Positions 58,732 through 64,000 of a stretch of DNA of 64,000 bases are shown one piece after another. Under the pieces are notes generated by a model, which saw only the letters and a program-made list of their open reading frames with translations, was not told the DNA's origin and ran no database searches. This stretch comes from Candidatus Levyibacteriota bacterium (GTDB taxonomy: Bacteria > Patescibacteriota > Microgenomatia > Levybacterales > UBA12049). How positions within the stretch are numbered: position 1 is the first letter of the stretch; each line of letters starts with the position of its first letter. Both the position numbers and the translations under genes were made by a program. The DNA lies in assembly GCA_043823085.1 (NCBI GenBank), contig JBDRBE010000001.1, forward strand, positions 113,110 to 177,109. Direction: 5' to 3'.

Positions 58732-60138
58732 ATGAACAAGTTTTATATTACTACTGCAATTCCATACGTTAATGCCAAGCCGCATATTGGACACGCGCTT
58801 GAATTTGTGCAAGCTGATGTTGTTGCGCGTTTTCATAAATTAAAAGGAGACGAAACTCTCCTTCTTTCCGGTGGAGATGAGAACGCGCTAAAAAATGTTG
58901 CCGCCGCCGAAAAAGAAAATACACCAATTCAGGAATTTGTTGATAAAAATAGCAAGCTTTTTTTAGAGCTTTTAAAAAAGTTAAATGTTGGCTTTGACAT
59001 TTTTCAAAAAGGAAGTGATGCAGGCCACCATTTATTTTCACAAGAATTATGGAAACTCTGCGAGGCAGCGGGCGATATTTACAAAAAGGAATATAAAGGA
59101 TTATATTGCGTTGGCTGTGAACTGTTTTACGAAAAAAATGAGCTAGATGAAAACGGAGAATGTTTTGAGCATCCGGGTAAAAAACTGGAAGAAGTTTCCG
59201 AAGTTAATTATTTTTTTAAACTTTCTAAATATCAAAAGCAAATTGAAGAGTTATTGACGTCTGATAAATTAAAAATAATTCCCCAAAACCGCAAAAACGA
59301 AGCGCTTTCTTTTCTAAAACAGGGCTTAAAAGACATTAGTGTTTCCCGTTCCAATAAAAGAACCAAAAACTGGGGAGTTGATGTGCCGGACGACTCAACG
59401 CAAAAAATGTATGTTTGGTTTGATGCTTTGAATATTTACAGAAGCGGACTCGGCGATAAATATAACAAATTTTGGCCGGCTGATTTACACGTTATTGGCA
59501 AAGGGATTTTAAGATTTCATGCGATTTACTGGCCGGCGTTTTTACTTTCGGCAAAAATTCCGCTTCCAAAACAAATTTTTGTTCATGGATATTTTACCAT
59601 TGACGGACAAAAAATAAGTAAAAGTTTGGGAAACACTATTGATCCTGCTGAGATAATTGAAAAATACGGCGTCGACGCCCTACGCTACTATTTATTAAAA
59701 GAAATTCCTCCGACCGAAGACGGCGATTTTTCCGAAAAAAAATTACAAACTTTATATAATTCTGATTTAGCAAACGGCATTGGAAATTTAGTGGCGCGAG
59801 TCGCAAAACTCTGCGAACGAAATGAAATTACCTGCTTAAATGATTTAAATCATTTAAGTGAAAGCGTTGAAGGATTGATTCAAGAATATAAATTCAATGA
59901 AGCCTTAGCTTTTATTTGGTCTAAAATTTCAGAAGCTGATAAAAAAATCAATGAAGTAAAACCTTGGGAGTTATCAAAAGAAAAAGCAACGCCAGTTTTG
60001 CAGGATTTGGTAAAAATCATTCGACAAATTGCTGTTAATTTACAACCATTTCTCCCCGAAACTACGGAAAAAATTGAGGAACAATTTAAAGGACCAAAAA
60101 TCATTTCCCACCCTCCCCTATTTCCCCGAATTATTTAA
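58732..60138 (+). CDS. metG: methionyl-tRNA synthetase (short form)
   Basis: HIGH (PHIGHA) and KMSKS (KISKSLGN) motifs, 468 aa. Confidence 0.9.
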   Translation: MNKFYITTAIPYVNAKPHIGHALEFVQADVVARFHKLKGDETLLLSGGDENALKNVAAAEKENTPIQEFVDKNSKLFLELLKKLNVGFDIFQKGSDAGHHLFSQELWKLCEAAGDIYKKEYKGLYCVGCELFYEKNELDENGECFEHPGKKLEEVSEVNYFFKLSKYQKQIEELLTSDKLKIIPQNRKNEALSFLKQGLKDISVSRSNKRTKNWGVDVPDDSTQKMYVWFDALNIYRSGLGDKYNKFWPADLHVIGKGILRFHAIYWPAFLLSAKIPLPKQIFVHGYFTIDGQKISKSLGNTIDPAEIIEKYGVDALRYYLLKEIPPTEDGDFSEKKLQTLYNSDLANGIGNLVARVAKLCERNEITCLNDLNHLSESVEGLIQEYKFNEALAFIWSKISEADKKINEVKPWELSKEKATPVLQDLVKIIRQIAVNLQPFLPETTEKIEEQFKGPKIISHPPLFPRII

Positions 60139-60143
60139 AGAAG

Positions 60144-60407
60144 CTATCCGTATTTTCGTTTTAGAAGAAGTATTGAAAGGCTAAGGAAAAAGATTGCTAA
60201 ATTTGTTAATACCACCGGCATTGCCGATACAAGAATTCCATAAACTAACCAAAGCGATGCGCTGGTTGCAAGAAAAATACAAGACAGAGCAGAAATTTCT
60301 TTTGTTTCTTTCATTTTCCAAAGCTTTATCGCTTGAGGCAACCACATTATTACTCCAAGCCCTCCGGCAGTAAACCCGACAACATTTGCTAAAACGATTA
60401 CATCCAT
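60144..60407 (-). CDS. SemiSWEET / PQ-loop sugar transporter
   Basis: 87 aa, three transmembrane helices, PQ motif (WLPQAIKLWK). Confidence 0.55.
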   Translation of the reverse strand: MDVIVLANVVGFTAGGLGVIMWLPQAIKLWKMKETKEISALSCIFLATSASLWLVYGILVSAMPVVLTNLAIFFLSLSILLLKRKYG

Positions 60408-60423
60408 TGGATTATTATAGCAT

Positions 60424-61284
60424 GTGTTTTTACGATATAATATCCCTATGATTGATATTCATTGCCATTTAAACTTTAAGGCTTTTGAAAATGATTTCAA
60501 CGAAGTTATTAAAAGAGCATCTGAAAAGGGCGTTAAAAAAATTGTTAATGTCGGCGCGGCTCTTGACTCAAGCAAAAGAGCTGTTGAACTCGCAGAAAAA
60601 TATAATCCGCCAGCTGGCGGATTATATGCAACTGTAGGCATACATCCTCATCATGCTGACAAATTAGAACCTGACTGGGAACAAAGATTGGAGGATATCG
60701 TCCTGCAGAGCAGGATCTCGCTCCGCGAGACAAAACATCCGAAGGTTGTGGCCATTGGCGAATGCGGAATGGATTTTTATCGCTATCAATCAAACGATAT
60801 TGTCGATCCAAAATTGCAGGAAAAACTTTTTATTAAGCATATTGAATTATCTAGTAAACTGCACTTACCTCTTCAAATTCATAATCGTCAGGCGGGAAAA
60901 GAAATAATTGAAATTCTCTTAAATCATAAATCTTATCTCTTAAATCCTCCCGGGGTTTTCCATTGTTTCTCAGGAGACATTGAGCTTTTGAAATCTGCTT
61001 TGCAGATTGGATTTTATATTGGCTTTGACGGAAATATTACTTATAAAGGCCTTGCAAAAGGAGAAACAACCGCACTTTCGGAATTAGTAAAGTTTACACC
61101 CCTTGATAGAATTTTAGTTGAAACCGACAGCCCGTATTTAACACCAGAGCCTCAACGCGGTAGCAGAAATGAGCCTAGTTATGTTATACTTGTAGCCAAA
61201 GCAATAAGCCAAATCAAAAATGTTTCGTTCGAAGAAATTGATAATAAAACAACAGAAAACGCCAAAACGTTATTTTCTATTTAA
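60424..61284 (+). CDS. tatD: TatD-family metal-dependent hydrolase/DNase
   Basis: MIDIHCHLNF N-terminal His cluster and EcGMDFY block; the real start is probably M at 60448. Confidence 0.85.
   Translation: MFLRYNIPMIDIHCHLNFKAFENDFNEVIKRASEKGVKKIVNVGAALDSSKRAVELAEKYNPPAGGLYATVGIHPHHADKLEPDWEQRLEDIVLQSRISLRETKHPKVVAIGECGMDFYRYQSNDIVDPKLQEKLFIKHIELSSKLHLPLQIHNRQAGKEIIEILLNHKSYLLNPPGVFHCFSGDIELLKSALQIGFYIGFDGNITYKGLAKGETTALSELVKFTPLDRILVETDSPYLTPEPQRGSRNEPSYVILVAKAISQIKNVSFEEIDNKTTENAKTLFSI
60600..60627. repeat. 28-nt perfect palindrome atataatccgccagctggcggattatat inside the tatD coding region
   Basis: Checked base by base; GC-rich core ccgccagctggcgg in an AT-rich gene; in-frame (encodes KYNPPAGGLYA). 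Confidence 0.8.
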
Positions 61285-61371
61285 ATAGTTCAAAAATCAA
61301 AATACAAAGTGCAAAGCCTAGTTTAAAAATAAAAGTTTTTGGACTTTTAACTTATTTTTGATATTTGATTT

Positions 61372-62904
61372 TTGATATTTGATTTTTTACTTATGACTAA
61401 TTTCTTTGAAAAATTATTTACTCGCTACCCAATTAAAACCCGACGCTTTTTGGAACTTTTGCCGGGTCTTTTTTCCTGGACACTTATTTCTTTTCCTATT
61501 TGGGGTTCACTTTTTATTCCCTACGTCCTTGCCTATTTTATTCTTTTTTTTGATGTTTACTGGTTTTATAAATCTTTTTCTTTAGCAATTTCAGCATATA
61601 TTGCCTCAAAAAAAATTAAGGAATCGGAAAAGAAAGACTGGTTAAAACTTGCAAAAGGCCTACCTAATTTTAATAAAACTACTCATTTAATTGTTATTCC
61701 AAATTACACCGAAAACATTACTAAGCTTCGCGAAACTATTGATTCCATTGCCAAACAAACTTTTCCCCTTGAAAGAATCTATGTAATCTTAGGGATGGAA
61801 GAAAGAGAAAAAGATGGTCCGCACAAAGCAGAAACACTTATTAAAGAATATAAACAATTATTCGGAGATATTTTTGCTACTTTCCATCCGGATGTTGCGG
61901 GTGAAGTAAAAGGCAAATCCTCAAATGAAGCGTATGCTGCAAGATTTGCATATGATAAACTGGTTAAAAAAAGCCTGCCTACCGGCAGGCAGGGAATTAT
62001 TGATATAAAATTTGCAACTATTTCAAGTGTTGATGCCGATTCTATTTTTGACAAACAATATTTTTCTTGCCTGGCCTATAAATTTCTAAGCGACAAAAAA
62101 CCATACAATAAATTCTGGCAATCGGCCAATGTCTTTTATAATAATTTCTGGAAAGTTCCGGCTCCTACCCGAATTATCTCTTTTTTTGGCAGTTTTTGGC
62201 GAACAGGAGTTTTATTGCACGAAAGCAGATTAGTTGCAAACTCTACTTACTCTTTATCTTTTTTAATGCTAAAAAATATCGATTTTTGGGATGTTGATGT
62301 TATTCCCGAAGATTATCGAATTTTTTTCAAGGCTTTTTATAAACTCAATGGACAAGTTTGGGCCCAACCCATATTTTTAAAAACTTCCATGGATGCGCCG
62401 CTTTCTTCAGGTTATTTCAAAAGTCTAAAAAATAAATATCACCAGGAACAACGATGGGCATGGGGAGTTTCCGATGATCCCTTATTTATAAAATGGTGGC
62501 TGACTGTTCCAAACGTACCTTTTATCCGAAAAACCATCATGCTCTACAATGTTTTGCTTGACCACTTTCTTTGGCCGGTTAATTGGTTTATTATAACTAT
62601 AGCGGCCAATATTATGCCATTTATAAATCCTGTTTTTTCAAGAACAACTTTAGGCTATAATCTTCCGCGGCTTGCCGGAATAATTCTTACTTCCTGTATT
62701 TTTGCGCTTCTTTTGATGATTCTGATTGATTTTAGAAATAGGCCGAATGCGTCTTCATCAAGAATTAGACAATTTTTATTTCCGCTTGAATTTGTGCTTT
62801 TGCCCGTGGTTGGTTTTTTCCTTTCTACCCTTCCTGCTCTTATTTCTCACACAAAACTTATGTTTGGAAAACGCATGGAATATAAAGTTACCGAAAAGGT
62901 ATAG
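61372..62904 (+). CDS. membrane GT2-family processive glycosyltransferase
   Basis: DxD (VDADS) and QxxRW (QEQRWAWG) motifs with several transmembrane helices. Confidence 0.7.
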   Translation: MIFDFLLMTNFFEKLFTRYPIKTRRFLELLPGLFSWTLISFPIWGSLFIPYVLAYFILFFDVYWFYKSFSLAISAYIASKKIKESEKKDWLKLAKGLPNFNKTTHLIVIPNYTENITKLRETIDSIAKQTFPLERIYVILGMEEREKDGPHKAETLIKEYKQLFGDIFATFHPDVAGEVKGKSSNEAYAARFAYDKLVKKSLPTGRQGIIDIKFATISSVDADSIFDKQYFSCLAYKFLSDKKPYNKFWQSANVFYNNFWKVPAPTRIISFFGSFWRTGVLLHESRLVANSTYSLSFLMLKNIDFWDVDVIPEDYRIFFKAFYKLNGQVWAQPIFLKTSMDAPLSSGYFKSLKNKYHQEQRWAWGVSDDPLFIKWWLTVPNVPFIRKTIMLYNVLLDHFLWPVNWFIITIAANIMPFINPVFSRTTLGYNLPRLAGIILTSCIFALLLMILIDFRNRPNASSSRIRQFLFPLEFVLLPVVGFFLSTLPALISHTKLMFGKRMEYKVTEKV

Positions 62905-62925
62905 TTCGATAAGCTCACTATTATA

Positions 62926-64000
62926 ATGAAAATTTTAACAAGGCTTGAAAAGAGTAAAGATTTTTGGTTCCTTTTAGTTAATTTTTTTGTTTTTTTTCTT
63001 CTTCGGCTTCCTTCGCTTTTCGAACCATACTGGTACGGGGACGAGGGAATTTATCAAACTATTGGCATTGCCATACAAAGCGGAAAACTACTTTACCGAG
63101 ATATTTGGGACAATAAACCGCCTCTTCTTTATATTTTATACGGCATTTTTTCTTCCGACCAATTTATCATTAGGCTTGTTTCTCTAATCTTTGGATTTTT
63201 GTCGGTTGTAATCTTTTTTTACCTTGCAAAAAGAATTTTTGAAAATAATAATAAAGCTACTTTTATCTCCACTTCACTTTTTTCCCTTATCTTTGCCCTG
63301 CCTCTTATTGAAGGTAATATTGCCAATGCCGAAAACTTCATGCTTCTACCGATTCTTGCCTCTGCACTTTTGATTTTTAAATTAAAAGATTCCAATATTC
63401 ATTTGAAAAAAATTATAATTCATAATTCTTGCCTGCCGGCAGGCAAGGCTTACTTCTTAATTCTTTTTAGTTCCGGTTTTCTCCTTTCTCTTGCTTTTCT
63501 TTTCAAAATTGTTGCGATTTTTGATGCGGCTGCATTTTTTCTTTTTATATTTTTCTTAAACTATTCCTCGTTTAAAGAAATAAAAAAATTGGCAATAAAA
63601 ATTATACCTTTTATTCTCGGCTTTATTATTCCAATTTTTGTTGTGGCTTTATTTTTCCTAATGAATGGCGCTTTTTTTGATTTCCTAAAAGCATCTTTTG
63701 TGCAAAATGTCGGATATGTAGGATATGGAAATCAATTTCTTTTCCCTCAAGGTCTTCTTGTAACAAAACTTTTAATTTTGTCCGGATTTATTTTCTTTCT
63801 TTTTAAAAAAAGAGGGGAGTTTTCAAAATCAACATTATTTATTCTTATTTGGTTTTCTCTTTCACTCTTTAATGCTTTTTTCTCCCAAAGACCATACTCT
63901 CATTATCTTCTAGTGCTCCTGCCAAGCCTTTGCCTAATGCTTGGCCTTTTTTATTTTGAAAAAAAGTATCAAAAATTTGTTATTGCTATTATTGCCGTCT
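62926..64000 (+). CDS. GT39/GT83-like (ArnT/PMT-type) membrane glycosyltransferase, 3' end outside window
   Basis: Translated by hand in frame 1 with no stop to the window end. N-terminal loop YWYGDEGIY (DE motif) and many transmembrane helices. Absent from the ORF track because there is no stop codon. Confidence 0.6.
   Translation, partial: MKILTRLEKSKDFWFLLVNFFVFFLLRLPSLFEPYWYGDEGIYQTIGIAIQSGKLLYRDIWDNKPPLLYILYGIFSSDQFIIRLVSLIFGFLSVVIFFYLAKRIFENNNKATFISTSLFSLIFALPLIEGNIANAENFMLLPILASALLIFKLKDSNIHLKKIIIHNSCLPAGKAYFLILFSSGFLLSLAFLFKIVAIFDAAAFFLFIFFLNYSSFKEIKKLAIKIIPFILGFIIPIFVVALFFLMNGAFFDFLKASFVQNVGYVGYGNQFLFPQGLLVTKLLILSGFIFFLFKKRGEFSKSTLFILIWFSLSLFNAFFSQRPYSHYLLVLLPSLCLMLGLFYFEKKYQKFVIAIIAV
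63428..63447. repeat. 20-nt perfect GC-rich palindrome cttgcctgccggcaggcaag inside the glycosyltransferase coding region
   Basis: Checked base by base. A related imperfect copy cctgcctaccggcaggcagg lies at 61974-61993 in the GT2 gene. Confidence 0.75.

Noticed and set aside
1-64000. CRISPR arrays, rRNA and tRNA genes
   Set aside because: No regularly spaced short direct repeats. No rRNA-like conserved stretches and no cloverleaf candidates were seen in any intergenic region.

Overview
The window is a low-GC genome segment, about 35-40% GC by eye, with dense small genes and weak or absent Shine-Dalgarno sequences. This is typical of Patescibacteria/CPR-like bacteria. Most of it is informational and housekeeping backbone. 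The minus strand carries rpoB-rpoC-rpsL-rpsG-[insert]-fusA. It also carries rpsO-pnp-(Lon-like AAA+)-rnj-ftsK-rodZ, nusA-infB, a membrane-anchored Clp ATPase, and hrcA-grpE-dnaK-(PHP)-dnaJ. The plus strand carries nadD-nadE, alaS, metG, tatD, mltG, a sortase, nucleotide-salvage enzymes and glycosyltransferases.

The accessory or unusual content is as follows.
- A 2.8-kb island sits inside the str operon between rpsG and fusA. It holds a type II restriction-modification pair (beta-class DPPY methyltransferase plus a PD-ExK nuclease), an archaeal-type RNase HI, a DUF2188 protein and a toxin-like 35-aa hydrophobic peptide with a strong ribosome-binding site.
- A compact four-gene minus-strand operon of unknown function at 16.9-19.6 kb includes a PolB-exonuclease-like DEDD nuclease.
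- A family of about 70-130 nt intergenic repeats occurs four times at 37.4-41.6 kb.
- A 21-nt perfect palindrome GTTACACCNCCGAGGTGTAAC occurs four times.
- There is a segmental duplication at 49.5/50.6 kb.
- GC-rich perfect palindromes of up to 28 nt lie in-frame inside tatD and two glycosyltransferase genes.
- Two GC-rich structured intergenic regions each carry a G8 tract.
- A CIRCE-variant operator overlaps the hrcA promoter.

No CRISPR array, rRNA or tRNA gene was recognised.
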